From an uncultured Thiomicrospira sp. (GTDB lineage: Bacteria; Pseudomonadota; Gammaproteobacteria; CAKMZV01), in NCBI GenBank assembly GCA_965195345.1, contig OZ239628.1:640001-704000 (forward strand): DNA of 64,000 bases. The letters are read 5' to 3'. Made by a program: the position numbers and the translations under genes. A model generated the notes under the pieces. It saw only the letters and a program-made list of their open reading frames with translations, was not told where the DNA came from and searched no databases. This document shows positions 54,140-64,000 of the stretch, piece by piece. Within the stretch, counting starts at the first letter, position 1. The number at the start of each line of letters is the position of its first letter.

Positions 54140-55570
54140 ATGTTTTTTATAATTAAGTTGCATCCAGAAATAATTGTTAAAAGTCGATCGGTACGTTGGC
54201 GATGGATTAAGCGGTTGAATCAAAATATTTTGAAAGTGCTAAGAGATGTTGATGAGGATGTTACAGCGCGTTATTTTTGGGATAAAATTGAACTGAATTG
54301 CAGTGCAAAAAAATACGATTCTTGTAAAAAACGTTTGCAAGATATTCCAGGGATAAATAGTATTTTAGAGGCAGAGTCATTCAATTTGCCCTTAGACGAT
54401 GGCATTGCTTTCATCTGCGAAAAAGCCGTTAAATATTATGCTGAGAAGATTAAGAATCGCTCGTTTGTGGTGCGCGTGAAGCGCGTAGGTAGTCATGATT
54501 TTTCTTCTGTTGATGCGGAGCGTGAAGTAGGGCATGCGCTTTTAGAAGCACAACCTTCTGCACGTGTCAATTTAAAAAATGCCGAAGTAACACTGCGTTT
54601 TGAAATTATTCAAGATGTATTGCATCTGATACACAGCAAGGTTCCTGGTATAGGTGGTTTTCCTCTTGGTTCACAAGATCCTGTGCTGTCATTGATTTCA
54701 GGAGGATTTGATTCTCCGGTCGCGGCGCAAGCATGCATAAATCGAGGAAGTATTGTTCATTTCTTATTTTTCAATTTTGGTGGTAATGCACATAAAGTAG
54801 GTGTTCAGCAGGTCGCTTTTTATCTGTGGCAAAGGTACGCAAGTAGTCATCAAACTTTTTTCTACACCGTAGATTTAGAAGGATTATTAGCGCAATTAGC
54901 CAAGCGAGAAGATCAATCAGCCAATGGTGTAATACTTAAAAGAGCAATGCTTAAAATTGCCTTTGCGTTAAGTTCTAAATTAAAGATAAAAGCCGTGGTG
55001 ACGGGCGAGAGCGTTGCACAAGTATCATCACAGACATTGTCTAACTTAGCAACGATTGATAAAGCATTTGCAGGATTGGTCTTGCGTCCGCTGATTGTGT
55101 CGGATAAAAGCACCATTATTGAGCAGGCTGAGAAAATTGGAACAGCCGTATTTGCTAGAAGTATGCCAGAATATTGTGGAGCAATTTCCAGTAAGCCCAG
55201 CGTTAGTGTTAGTATAAAACAAGCAACAAAACTTGAATTCCTTTTGGACGATCAATGGTTTGATGAAGCATTAGAAAGTCTTGAACGTGTACGTGTGAGT
55301 GATATCATTGAGCAGGTCAATGCACAACCGCCTATTGAAGTAATCGATTCTCCAGATGGCGTAGAAATAATTGATATTCGAGTGATTAAACAACCAATCA
55401 AGGCAGCAACACATCATATCCCTTTTTACGATTTGAACAGTCTCTTTAAAAAGCTTGATCAAGGAAAACGCTACGCTTTGTATTGTGAAAAAGGCGTTAT
55501 GAGTCAACTACACGCTGCGTATTTAAAAGAACGAGGTATGCAGAATGTTTGCGTTTATCGACCCAAATAG
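54140..55570 (+). CDS. thiI: tRNA 4-thiouridine synthase with rhodanese domain
   Basis: PEI.VKS, THUMP domain, PP-loop SGGFDS, QVSSQTL.NL, PEYCG, rhodanese YCEKG.MS. Confidence 0.95.
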   Translation: MFFIIKLHPEIIVKSRSVRWRWIKRLNQNILKVLRDVDEDVTARYFWDKIELNCSAKKYDSCKKRLQDIPGINSILEAESFNLPLDDGIAFICEKAVKYYAEKIKNRSFVVRVKRVGSHDFSSVDAEREVGHALLEAQPSARVNLKNAEVTLRFEIIQDVLHLIHSKVPGIGGFPLGSQDPVLSLISGGFDSPVAAQACINRGSIVHFLFFNFGGNAHKVGVQQVAFYLWQRYASSHQTFFYTVDLEGLLAQLAKREDQSANGVILKRAMLKIAFALSSKLKIKAVVTGESVAQVSSQTLSNLATIDKAFAGLVLRPLIVSDKSTIIEQAEKIGTAVFARSMPEYCGAISSKPSVSVSIKQATKLEFLLDDQWFDEALESLERVRVSDIIEQVNAQPPIEVIDSPDGVEIIDIRVIKQPIKAATHHIPFYDLNSLFKKLDQGKRYALYCEKGVMSQLHAAYLKERGMQNVCVYRPK

Positions 55571-55583
55571 CCTGTATTTTTTC

Positions 55584-55612
55584 AACGTAGTTGCGTTAAA
55601 CGCAACTACGTT
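55584..55612. terminator. Bidirectional terminator hairpin between thiI and pstS
   Basis: Perfect 13-bp stem AACGTAGTTGCGT-TAA-ACGCAACTACGTT followed by a T run. Confidence 0.75.
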
Positions 55613-55622
55613 TTTAAGAAAG

Positions 55623-56594
55623 TTATTGAATCTTTTTTAGATACTTTTGAGCCACTTTGTTTGGCAGAGGAATATAACCATCTTTAACAACTATTTCTTG
55701 TCCTGTTTTGGAAAGGATCATACGGAAAAATTCCAACATTTTAGGTTCAAGTGCTTTGTTTGGGGCTTTATTGATATAGACATAGAGAAAACGTGCTAAT
55801 GGATATTTCCCTGAAATTGCGTTTTTAGCAGTTGCTTTGACAAAGGGGCGTCCTGTTTTTTTGCTTATAGGTAGTGCGTGAACGCCAGCTGTAATATAAC
55901 CAATGCCTGAATAACCTATGCTATTAACGGAGGCACTAACTGATTGTACAACCGAAGCAGAACCGGGTTGTTCATTTACATTGTTCTTAAAATCGCCTTT
56001 GCACAGTGCTTTATTTTTGAAATAACCGTAAGTTCCCGATACAGAGTTTCTTCCAAATATTTGGATACGTTGGTTGCCAAGAGCACCGGAAATACCAAGA
56101 TCGCTCCATTTTATAATTTCGCTTTTGTTGCCACATTTGAGTGTGCTGGAAAATATAGCATCGACTTGAGGAATGGTTAAGCCTTTTATAGGATTGTCTT
56201 TATTAACAAACACTGCCAATGCGTCTATGGCCACGGGAATAGCTAATGCTTTGTAACCGTGTTGTTTTTCAAACGTTGCGGACTCCCTTGATTTCATTTT
56301 ACGACTCATTGGACCAAGATTAGATGTTCCTTCTGTTAAAGCAGGGGGTGCGGTGGATGATCCAGCAGCTTGGATTTGAATGGATACGCTCGGATAAAGG
56401 CGTTTGAATTCTTCGCTCCACAAAGTCATTAAATTAGCTAAAGTGTCTGAGCCTACACTTGAAATTTTCCCTGAAACACCTTGAGTTTTTTGATATTCAG
56501 GTAGATCAGGGTCAACGCTTGGTGCTGAAAAAGACTTAGAGGATAGCATTGTTAAAGATAAAACAAAAAACAAGATAGTAAATAATTTATTCAT
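55623..56594 (-). CDS. pstS: Phosphate ABC transporter binding protein
   Basis: [48 protein letters not shown]. Confidence 0.93.
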   Translation of the reverse strand: MNKLFTILFFVLSLTMLSSKSFSAPSVDPDLPEYQKTQGVSGKISSVGSDTLANLMTLWSEEFKRLYPSVSIQIQAAGSSTAPPALTEGTSNLGPMSRKMKSRESATFEKQHGYKALAIPVAIDALAVFVNKDNPIKGLTIPQVDAIFSSTLKCGNKSEIIKWSDLGISGALGNQRIQIFGRNSVSGTYGYFKNKALCKGDFKNNVNEQPGSASVVQSVSASVNSIGYSGIGYITAGVHALPISKKTGRPFVKATAKNAISGKYPLARFLYVYINKAPNKALEPKMLEFFRMILSKTGQEIVVKDGYIPLPNKVAQKYLKKIQ

Positions 56595-56728
56595 AATAGT
56601 TAATAGTTAAATGTACGATGTTCTTTTGAGCGGTTTTTTTAGGTGTTAGGGAGTTATAAAATAAAGTCTCACATGATAGTCTCCTAAGTATTGGGTAAAT
56701 AAAAATTGTTAACTCTGATATTAATCAT

Positions 56729-57385
56729 TCATGCTTTATAGAAACTTCCAGTTTCCATATAAATCATTTGCTCACAAATGTTTCGAATATGATCGCTAAT
56801 TCTTTCAAGTCCTTTAATTGCCCATAAATAAGCAATATTTTGCTCGCGGTGATCAGGATAATTTTGTATCACATCAAGAACTTCATCCAATGCTTTATCG
56901 TATCTTTGATGCAATGATAAATCAGCTTCAAGAATTTGTCGGGCACGCACAATGTCTTGCTCCCCTAATGCTTTGAGCATATTTTGAAAGACTGAGTGGA
57001 TGCGGTTTGCTATTTTTAATAAAGGGATGCGTGCTGCATAATCGGTATCGGCACTCGCTAATGTTGCCACGGCAAGTTTTTCAGCTTCGTCTCCAATGCG
57101 TTCTAAGTCGTTGCTCATTTTTAAAATTGATATGGGAATGCGCAGATCAGAAGCAACTGGCTGATAAGTGGCAATTACCGCAAAACACAGCTCATTGATT
57201 TCGACTTCCAATTGATTGATTTTTTTATCGGTGTGGATCGTTTTAGTTGCGACCTCTTCGTTGGTTTTATCAAATGATTCGATTGCAGCGGACAACTGTT
57301 TATCGACATTAGAAGCCATTTTAAGCATTACAGCTACGAGATTTTTTAATTCTTTATCAAAGTTTTTTAAGATGTGCGTATTCAT
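56729..57385 (-). CDS. phoU: Phosphate signalling protein PhoU
   Basis: D..IN..E, QPVASDLR, DLERIGDE, LERISDH..NICE. Confidence 0.95.
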   Translation of the reverse strand: MNTHILKNFDKELKNLVAVMLKMASNVDKQLSAAIESFDKTNEEVATKTIHTDKKINQLEVEINELCFAVIATYQPVASDLRIPISILKMSNDLERIGDEAEKLAVATLASADTDYAARIPLLKIANRIHSVFQNMLKALGEQDIVRARQILEADLSLHQRYDKALDEVLDVIQNYPDHREQNIAYLWAIKGLERISDHIRNICEQMIYMETGSFYKA

Positions 57386-57388
57386 TTT

Positions 57389-58213
57389 TTATCCAAAACG
57401 ACCGGTAATATAGTCGTGCGTTTGTTGAACTTTAGGGTTGGTAAATAGATTGGAGGTGTCGCTGAACTCAATTAATTCTCCAAGATACATAAAGGCGGTG
57501 AAATTTGATATTCTTGCCGCTTGTTGCATATTATGAGTTACGATTAAAATAGTATAGTCACTGCATAATTGAAAAATTAACTCCTCTATTTTTAGTGTGG
57601 ATATTGGATCAAGGGCGGAAGTAGGTTCATCAAGCAGTAAAATTTTTGGTTTGATTGCTATTGCTCGTGCAATAACTAATCTTTGCTGCTGTCCTCCTGA
57701 TATTCCTAATGCGCTATCATGCAATCTGTTGTGTACTTCGCCCCATAGACCAGAAGCTTTTAAAGCCCACTCAACAGTATCAGCAAGGACCCTTTTGTTT
57801 TTTTCTCCTTGTAAGCGTAAGCCATACGCTACATTCTCAAAAATACTCTTGGGAAAAGGATTAGGTTTTTGAAACACCATTCCTACAGTCCGCCTAAGGT
57901 CAGCTACGTTCAATTCGGGAGCATAGATGCTGTTGTTTTCTAATAATATATCGCCTTTCACATATATTGAATCAATCAGATCATTCATGCGATTGAAGCA
58001 ACGTAGTAAGGTTGATTTCCCGCAACCACTTGGACCTATGAATGCAGTTACTTTATTCTTTGAAATGTCCATGTTTACATTTTTCAAAGCTTGGCTTTGT
58101 CCATAGAATAAGCTCCAATCACAGACTTGCAGAATGGAATCGTTTGATTCAATATTATTTTCAGTTGTATTGTTATCAGGGGTCATTTTTTGCTTATTTG
58201 GTGAACTCTTCAT
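57389..58213 (-). CDS. pstB: Phosphate ABC transporter ATPase
   Basis: [56 protein letters not shown]. Confidence 0.97.
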   Translation of the reverse strand: MKSSPNKQKMTPDNNTTENNIESNDSILQVCDWSLFYGQSQALKNVNMDISKNKVTAFIGPSGCGKSTLLRCFNRMNDLIDSIYVKGDILLENNSIYAPELNVADLRRTVGMVFQKPNPFPKSIFENVAYGLRLQGEKNKRVLADTVEWALKASGLWGEVHNRLHDSALGISGGQQQRLVIARAIAIKPKILLLDEPTSALDPISTLKIEELIFQLCSDYTILIVTHNMQQAARISNFTAFMYLGELIEFSDTSNLFTNPKVQQTHDYITGRFG

Positions 58214-59835
58214 TCTAAAGATTTGTATTTTTCGCGCAACCGATTACGTATTGTTATCGCAGTTATATTCAAAGCTACGATGATAATGATAAGCAACAAA
58301 GCGGTAGCATAGACCAGTGGCCTTGCCGCTTCTACATTAGGACTTTGAAATCCCACATCAAAAATATGAAAGCCCAAATGCATGAATTGCCTGTCCAAAT
58401 GGACATAAGGGGCAACATTATCCACTGCCAAATCAGGTGCGAGTTTAACAACACCTACCAGCATTAACGGTGCGACCTCTCCTGCTGCACGTGCGATTGC
58501 TAATATTAAACCAGTCATGATTGCAGGGCTGGTCATCGGTAAAATTGTTCTCATTAACGTTTCAAATTTGGTAGCGCCTAGTGCCAAGCTGCCTTCACGA
58601 ATTGACGAAGGGATACGCGAAAGCCCTTCTTCGGTTGCGACGATGACAACAGGAAGCGTTAACAATGATAAAGTAAGTGATGCCCATAGTATCCCTGGAG
58701 AGCCGAATGTAGGGGAAGGCAGTAAGTGAGGATAGACCAACGAATCAATACTGCCACCAATAAAATAGACAAAGAAGCCCAAACCAAAAACGCCATAAAC
58801 GATCGAAGGGACTCCAGCAAGATTGTTGACAGAAATTCTGATAATTCGAACAATGAGACCCTGCTTGGCGTACTCACGTAAGTAAATGGCAGCCATGACT
58901 CCAAATGGCGTTACGAAAATAGTCATTAAAAAAACCATAATGACTGTGCCAAAAATAGCAGGAAAAACGCCTCCTTCCACGTTGGCTTCTCGAGGGGGTT
59001 CGCTAACAAACTCCCAAATTTTGCTGAAGTAAAATAAGCCTTTATCAAGCACACTCATATTATTTGGGAAATAAATACGCACTACTTGCTCAAATGGCAG
59101 TGATGCGCTTATTCCATCTGCTGTTTCTACGCTTAATGTGCCGATATCTTTCAGTTTTTTTCTCAGTATTTGTAGGTTGGAATTTAGCTGAGTATATTCA
59201 GCCTGTAAACGTTCTTTTTCTGCTAAATAAAGGACGGATTCTTGTTTGTTCCATGAATTTTTGAAACGTAATTTTTTGGCGTTTTCTTCTAAATTCTGTA
59301 AAGATTTATTAACTTGATTAATCGCGTTATTTTCAATGTGATGTATTTTCTTTTGTAAAGCCATACTGGCATTTAAAGCATAGTCAAGATTGATTATGTC
59401 ATTGCCTGAAAAAGTCTTTTCTTTCCATGTAAACTGTTGAATGAAAACATAAGCATTACCCCATTCAAGTCGCTCAATTACTGCAATGTTTTTTGGCTTT
59501 TCTATCGTGCCGATGGTTTCCTCATGAAGCCATTTGAAATCCAATCCGTAGTGTTCGCGATTTCCTATTTTGAATAATATTTGAATAACGTCTTTGTTGT
59601 TCTTAAGCGATTTTTCAGTTTCAATTTTTTCTCCAGCCAATGTTTTACTAATATCTCCTTTAGTATAGTGTACTTGTACTACGTCTTTAGGCCAAAAGTA
59701 AGCCAATCCACGGACTGTGATTAATAACAGCAATCCAATCACCAAAATTAATGAAATAGCAATAGCGGCAGCATTTAACCACACCCAGTGTTCTCCATCA
59801 GCACGCCATTTGCGAAATGAGATGCGATTATTCAT
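58210..59835 (-). CDS. pstA: Phosphate ABC transporter permease PstA (long form)
   Basis: [46 protein letters not shown]. Confidence 0.95.
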   Translation of the reverse strand: MNNRISFRKWRADGEHWVWLNAAAIAISLILVIGLLLLITVRGLAYFWPKDVVQVHYTKGDISKTLAGEKIETEKSLKNNKDVIQILFKIGNREHYGLDFKWLHEETIGTIEKPKNIAVIERLEWGNAYVFIQQFTWKEKTFSGNDIINLDYALNASMALQKKIHHIENNAINQVNKSLQNLEENAKKLRFKNSWNKQESVLYLAEKERLQAEYTQLNSNLQILRKKLKDIGTLSVETADGISASLPFEQVVRIYFPNNMSVLDKGLFYFSKIWEFVSEPPREANVEGGVFPAIFGTVIMVFLMTIFVTPFGVMAAIYLREYAKQGLIVRIIRISVNNLAGVPSIVYGVFGLGFFVYFIGGSIDSLVYPHLLPSPTFGSPGILWASLTLSLLTLPVVIVATEEGLSRIPSSIREGSLALGATKFETLMRTILPMTSPAIMTGLILAIARAAGEVAPLMLVGVVKLAPDLAVDNVAPYVHLDRQFMHLGFHIFDVGFQSPNVEAARPLVYATALLLIIIIVALNITAITIRNRLREKYKSLE

Positions 59836-62045
59836 AGCGACCCGTACTTTTTACGCAATCTTTGCCGAATAATTTCAGCACCAGTATTGAATACGAAAGT
59901 GAAGGCAAATAAGACAATGGCAGCTAAAAATAATATGCGATAGTGCGAGCTACCATGCTCAGACTCAGGCATTTCAACAGCCAAATTGGCCGCGAGTGTA
60001 CGCATTCCTTCAAAGATATTGAAGTCCATGATAGGCGTGTTACCAGTAGCCATAAGCACAATCATTGTCTCGCCCACTGCACGACCGAAACCAATCATTA
60101 CTCCAGAAAAAATTCCTGGACTGGCTGTTGGTATGACAACACCAGTTAAAGTTTGCCAAGGAGATGCTCCTAAAGCCAATGATCCGTTGACGAGGTGTTT
60201 TGGTACTGAAAAAATAGCATCTTCAGCGATTGAAAAAATGGTTGGTATGACTGCAAAGCCCATCGCAATACCAACAATTAAGGCATTGCGTTGGTCGTAA
60301 GTAATGCCGAGGTCTTGGGATATATAGAAACGCAAGTCGCCATTAAAAAAAATGTTTTCTATTGGAGTGGCTATTTGAAAAGCTATCCAAGTAGTTACGA
60401 TGATTACAGGAATAACAAGGATTACTCTTCTTTCAACGCCAAAGCGATTTTGCCAGTTATGTGGTGCTTTACTCCAAATCCAACCAAAAATTAAAACGGC
60501 AATAGGAACGAGGTAAAGCGTTGAGAAAATCTCGCCAAGATTGTTTTCAATAAATGGAGATAACCATAAACCAGCTAAGAACCCAAGGATAACGGTTGGT
60601 AGGGCCTCCATGACTTCTATGGTTGGCTTAACGGCTTGACGCATACCTGAAGACATGAAAAATGCAGTGTAAATTGCACCCATTAATGCCAATGGCATTG
60701 CAATGAGCATTGCATAAAACGCTGCCTTTAGCGTGCCAAATGTGAGCGGAGTAAGGCTAAATTTTGGTTCAAAATCTTGATTTGCTGCAGAGGATTGCCA
60801 TACATACTCAGGTTTTTTATAACCTTCATAATGAACTTTTTGCCACAAAGATTTCCAATTGACTTCAGGGTATTCATTGTCTAAGTTGAATACTAAAGTG
60901 GTTTTTGCATCTGAGACCAATAAAGCATCGCCACGAGGAGAAAATTTCAACTGAGTAAATTGAGGGTCAACCGATTGTTGAAGAATGGGGGTATTCGTCG
61001 GGGCATAATAGATGCCAATGCGTCCAACCGAATCTAGGGCCGCAAAAACTTTTCGTTGTTGCTCACTTGCTAAAGCACGAATGGGTTCATCGCCTAATTT
61101 TGTTTTATGAATTTGTTGCCATTGATCATTGACAAGAAACATGCGAGTAATATAACCATCAACATCGCCAATTAATATGGATACCTCACCAAGCAACCAT
61201 TCAGAAACAGTAATCTCTGTGCCATGATTAGTAATTATAGGTTTGCTCTCATCGTTGAATAGAGGATAGGCTGCAATACGGCCGTCGCGCGCTATTGCCA
61301 ATAACCAGCGTCCATCATTGCTAATATGAAGATTATAATCATCAATAGCTTTATTTGAGAAAGCCTCACCGTCTGTCTGCAGCGGTTCGATTGATTCTTC
61401 CTCAAGCACTGTGCCTTCTCCACCTAGTGATTCTGTTTTATTAAAACGTGCTAAGAATAATCCACTTTCGTTTTTAAATGCGATTAAAAACTCGCCCTCG
61501 GCATCACGAGCTGCTATTTTTTCAATAGGAGAAGCACTGACTTCAAGCAATTCTAAATCTTCTGAAAATGCAGGAGTTACATTGGGGGTGACGGTACGTT
61601 TGTTGTCAGTGTAGTTTAATTTAAACTCATGTTGAATGAGTGCAACTTCACCACTTTCTAAACCCCAAGCGTAGGATGGTGGCGTGTTTGAAAAGCGTGT
61701 AAATTGCGTTATATCAAGTAAGGAGAAGTTTTGATTTTTTCTTTTATTATTGTCAAAACTTGCGTGCACAACTTGCCCATTTTTTGAAACAAAAGAGCGT
61801 GTTTCAAGATATTCGTCGGCTACAAAGTAAAGATAATTTTCAGGGGTGCTTGATATTTTCTTAGAAGTAACGCTGGCTGATTGAAAAAAGGGGGCGACTA
61901 CAGAAAGAAAATAACCCACGATTAAAACAATAGAGAGAATGACGCATATACCACCTAAGGTGATAACGTAGCGAGCCGCGTGATCCTTTAAGGTTCTAAT
62001 TTTAATGGCCAGATTTTGCGTTCGGGTTTTTGCCGAATTGAGCAT
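59832..62045 (-). CDS. pstC: Phosphate ABC transporter permease PstC with large periplasmic propeller-like domain
   Basis: WQSS, FGTLKA, KPTIEVMEALPTVILG, SLALGA, GRAVGETM, NLAVEMPE. Confidence 0.93.
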   Translation of the reverse strand: MLNSAKTRTQNLAIKIRTLKDHAARYVITLGGICVILSIVLIVGYFLSVVAPFFQSASVTSKKISSTPENYLYFVADEYLETRSFVSKNGQVVHASFDNNKRKNQNFSLLDITQFTRFSNTPPSYAWGLESGEVALIQHEFKLNYTDNKRTVTPNVTPAFSEDLELLEVSASPIEKIAARDAEGEFLIAFKNESGLFLARFNKTESLGGEGTVLEEESIEPLQTDGEAFSNKAIDDYNLHISNDGRWLLAIARDGRIAAYPLFNDESKPIITNHGTEITVSEWLLGEVSILIGDVDGYITRMFLVNDQWQQIHKTKLGDEPIRALASEQQRKVFAALDSVGRIGIYYAPTNTPILQQSVDPQFTQLKFSPRGDALLVSDAKTTLVFNLDNEYPEVNWKSLWQKVHYEGYKKPEYVWQSSAANQDFEPKFSLTPLTFGTLKAAFYAMLIAMPLALMGAIYTAFFMSSGMRQAVKPTIEVMEALPTVILGFLAGLWLSPFIENNLGEIFSTLYLVPIAVLIFGWIWSKAPHNWQNRFGVERRVILVIPVIIVTTWIAFQIATPIENIFFNGDLRFYISQDLGITYDQRNALIVGIAMGFAVIPTIFSIAEDAIFSVPKHLVNGSLALGASPWQTLTGVVIPTASPGIFSGVMIGFGRAVGETMIVLMATGNTPIMDFNIFEGMRTLAANLAVEMPESEHGSSHYRILFLAAIVLFAFTFVFNTGAEIIRQRLRKKYGSL

Positions 62046-62111
62046 GTGGTTCCTAGAGTATTTCGCTACCTTTTAGACCATCTAACTTTAAAAGCGGGTG
62101 CATTATATACT

Positions 62112-62588
62112 ATGCTATTTTTTAATCTTTAAAATAAGTCATTATTTTTTATTGGTAATAAGGTTATTCTATCAAAGAGTCAAAAAGAAGCAGAGAAGCT
62201 GATTAAAGACATTAGGACTCAACCTCTCGTCGATATGCAAATGGCTCTGTCTCAAGTAAAAGCGGTTGTGACATCAATAGTTGTTCTTCGGTTGAATGCA
62301 TTGGCTCTTGCGGCAGTACGTTGATCAAAAGTCCGCATGATATATGTTGACTCTAAGGTTGCCAAATACAACAAGGAAGCGACCAAGATACAGGACTGGG
62401 TTTCGGACACATGGTCCGCTATCGAAACAATCAATCAAACTTTAAAATCCACATCTAAACTTAGCCAGCTTGAAAAGGCGAATTATCCAAAATTGAAACC
62501 ACAATCATTACTAATTAATCTAATGCTGCTGTTAATTCGGGCACTGCTTCAAACAAATCAGCGCATAAGCCATAATCCGCTATATTGA
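62112..62588 (+). pseudogene. Possible decayed gene remnant (one frame broken by two stops)
   Basis: ATG 62112, TAA after six codons, open stretch to TGA 62322-62324, then in frame with track ORF 62337..62588. Confidence 0.3.
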
Positions 62589-63447
62589 AAATAGGAGCCT
62601 CCTCATCCAAATTGATAGCAACAACAATTTTGCTGTCCTTCATTCCAGCCAAATGCTGTATTGCTCCAGAAATCCCTATGGCAAAATATATATCGGGCGC
62701 CACAACTTTTCCAGTTTGACCCACTTGAAAATTGTTTGATATATAGCCTGCATCAACGGCAGCACGTGAAGCGCCTACAGCGGCTTGTAATTTGTCGGCA
62801 AGTTTAAATAAAATGTCAAAGTTTTCTGCACTTCCAACACCTCGCCCACCAGACACAACAACTCTTGCGCTGGTTAATTCAGGACGTTCGGATACCTTCA
62901 CATCAAGGCTAATAAATGAACTTAGATTAGACGCTTTGTCAAACGTTACATCTTCAACAGCGCAAGTATTGCCACCATCACTGGCAGGTTCAAATGAAGT
63001 GGGACGTACGGTGATGCATTTCAAAGCATCGTTACTGCGCACTTTGAGTAATGCATTACCTGCATAAATTGGGCGAATAAAAGTATCTTGTGCTACAACT
63101 TCGATGATATCGGAAATTTGCTGTGTATCAAGCAACGCTGACGCTCGGGGCATAAAATCTTTGCCAAAAGCGGTTGCAGGTACAATCATATGAGCGTATT
63201 TATTTGAAAGTTGTACAAGCAGATTAGCATAATTTTCAGCGAGAGGCTGAGAAAACACATCGTCTTCAACCTTTAAAACTTTGCGAATGCCGTCAACTTT
63301 AGATGCATCTTCCACCGCTTCAGCGCACGCGTTACCAGCAATTAGAAGATCAATATCCGAGCCTATCTGTTTTGCAGCAGTAATAGTTGAACGCGTTGCC
63401 TGTGAAATGCTTTTGTGATTGTGTTCTGCAATTACAAGGGTAGTCAT
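62515..63447 (-). CDS. etfA: Electron transfer flavoprotein alpha subunit
   Basis: RPIYAGN, RPELTSARVVVSGGRG, GASRAAVDAG, QVGQTGK, GISGAIQHLAGM. Confidence 0.97.
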   Translation of the reverse strand: MTTLVIAEHNHKSISQATRSTITAAKQIGSDIDLLIAGNACAEAVEDASKVDGIRKVLKVEDDVFSQPLAENYANLLVQLSNKYAHMIVPATAFGKDFMPRASALLDTQQISDIIEVVAQDTFIRPIYAGNALLKVRSNDALKCITVRPTSFEPASDGGNTCAVEDVTFDKASNLSSFISLDVKVSERPELTSARVVVSGGRGVGSAENFDILFKLADKLQAAVGASRAAVDAGYISNNFQVGQTGKVVAPDIYFAIGISGAIQHLAGMKDSKIVVAINLDEEAPIFNIADYGLCADLFEAVPELTAALD

Positions 63448-64000
63448 TTAAATTACCTTCTCTGTGTTTTTAAGTTTATCTAATAATTCTGCTACACTGG
63501 AAACCATGACACCTTTACTTCGTGCTGAAGGTTCAGAGACATGCAAAGTTTCAAGGCGAGGAGACGTATCCAATCCCAAGGAATCCAATTCGATGATTTC
63601 AAGCGGTTTCTTCTTTGCTTTCATTATGTTGGGAAGAGAAGGATAGCGTGGTTCGTTCAATCGTAGATCGCAAGTTATAACGGCGGGGCTTTGTAATTGA
63701 ATGGTCATCAAGCCGTCATCGGTCTCACGAGTAACAATAAGGTTATCTCCATCGATTTTCAATTCGGATGCAAAAGTTCCTTGAGGACGATTAAGTAAAG
63801 CCGCAAGCATTTGACCCGTTTGATTACTATCATCATCAATTGCCTGTTTACCAAGCAAAACCAAATCAAACCCTTTGTCTTCAGTAATTTTCTTCAAAAC
63901 TTTTGCAACGGCTAAAGGTTCTAAAACAGAATCTGTGTTGACATGTATAGCATTATCCAGTCCCATGGCAAGCCCTGTGCGTAAGGTTTCTTGCGATTTA
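63448..64000 (-). CDS. etfB: Electron transfer flavoprotein beta subunit (5' end outside window)
   Basis: Frame stays open to the edge (KSQETLRTGLAMG...); GKQAIDDD..QTGQM, DLRLNEPRY.SLPNIMKAKKKP. Confidence 0.95.
   Translation of the reverse strand, partial: KSQETLRTGLAMGLDNAIHVNTDSVLEPLAVAKVLKKITEDKGFDLVLLGKQAIDDDSNQTGQMLAALLNRPQGTFASELKIDGDNLIVTRETDDGLMTIQLQSPAVITCDLRLNEPRYPSLPNIMKAKKKPLEIIELDSLGLDTSPRLETLHVSEPSARSKGVMVSSVAELLDKLKNTEKVI

Noticed and set aside
62150-62514. Possible tmRNA, RNase P, 6S RNA or selenocysteine read-through at TGA 62322
   Set aside because: No tRNA-like ends, no GAGGAAAGTCC core and no 6S signature; the small hairpin after the TGA is weak and there is no Sec-type redox context.

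Overview
AT-rich, tightly packed chromosomal segment of a probably marine gammaproteobacterium (inferred from the aceEF-lpdA type, hfq-hflX, rhodanese-fused ThiI, RpoH promoter and dddP). Many genes abut or overlap. Contents in order: start of the dcw cluster (mraZ-rsmH plus an unannotated acidic ORF in the ftsL slot), engB-ubiA, System II cytochrome c maturation (resB-ccsA-dsbA) with a lipoprotein di-haem peroxidase, hfq-hflX-aceE-aceF-lpdA, a lone recB coupled to uvrC, xseB, a ~14 kb surface-polysaccharide region (dTDP-3-amino-3,6-dideoxyhexose and uronic acid genes), a TRAP transporter, htpG, psd, trxB-aat, an osmolyte catabolism cluster (carnitine dehydrogenase-thioesterase, GATase, O6-alkylguanine alkyltransferase, DddP, LysE), M16C peptidase-folD-thiI, a re-ordered pst operon and etfBA. 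I found no rRNA, tRNA, CRISPR array or mobile element. The most notable observation is that the E3 (LpdA) of the pyruvate dehydrogenase operon lacks the NAD-selecting Glu and carries Val-Arg-Ser, the fingerprint of NADP-dependent disulfide reductases, so this may be a natural NADP-linked PDH complex. All calls come from motif recognition by eye; no searches were run.
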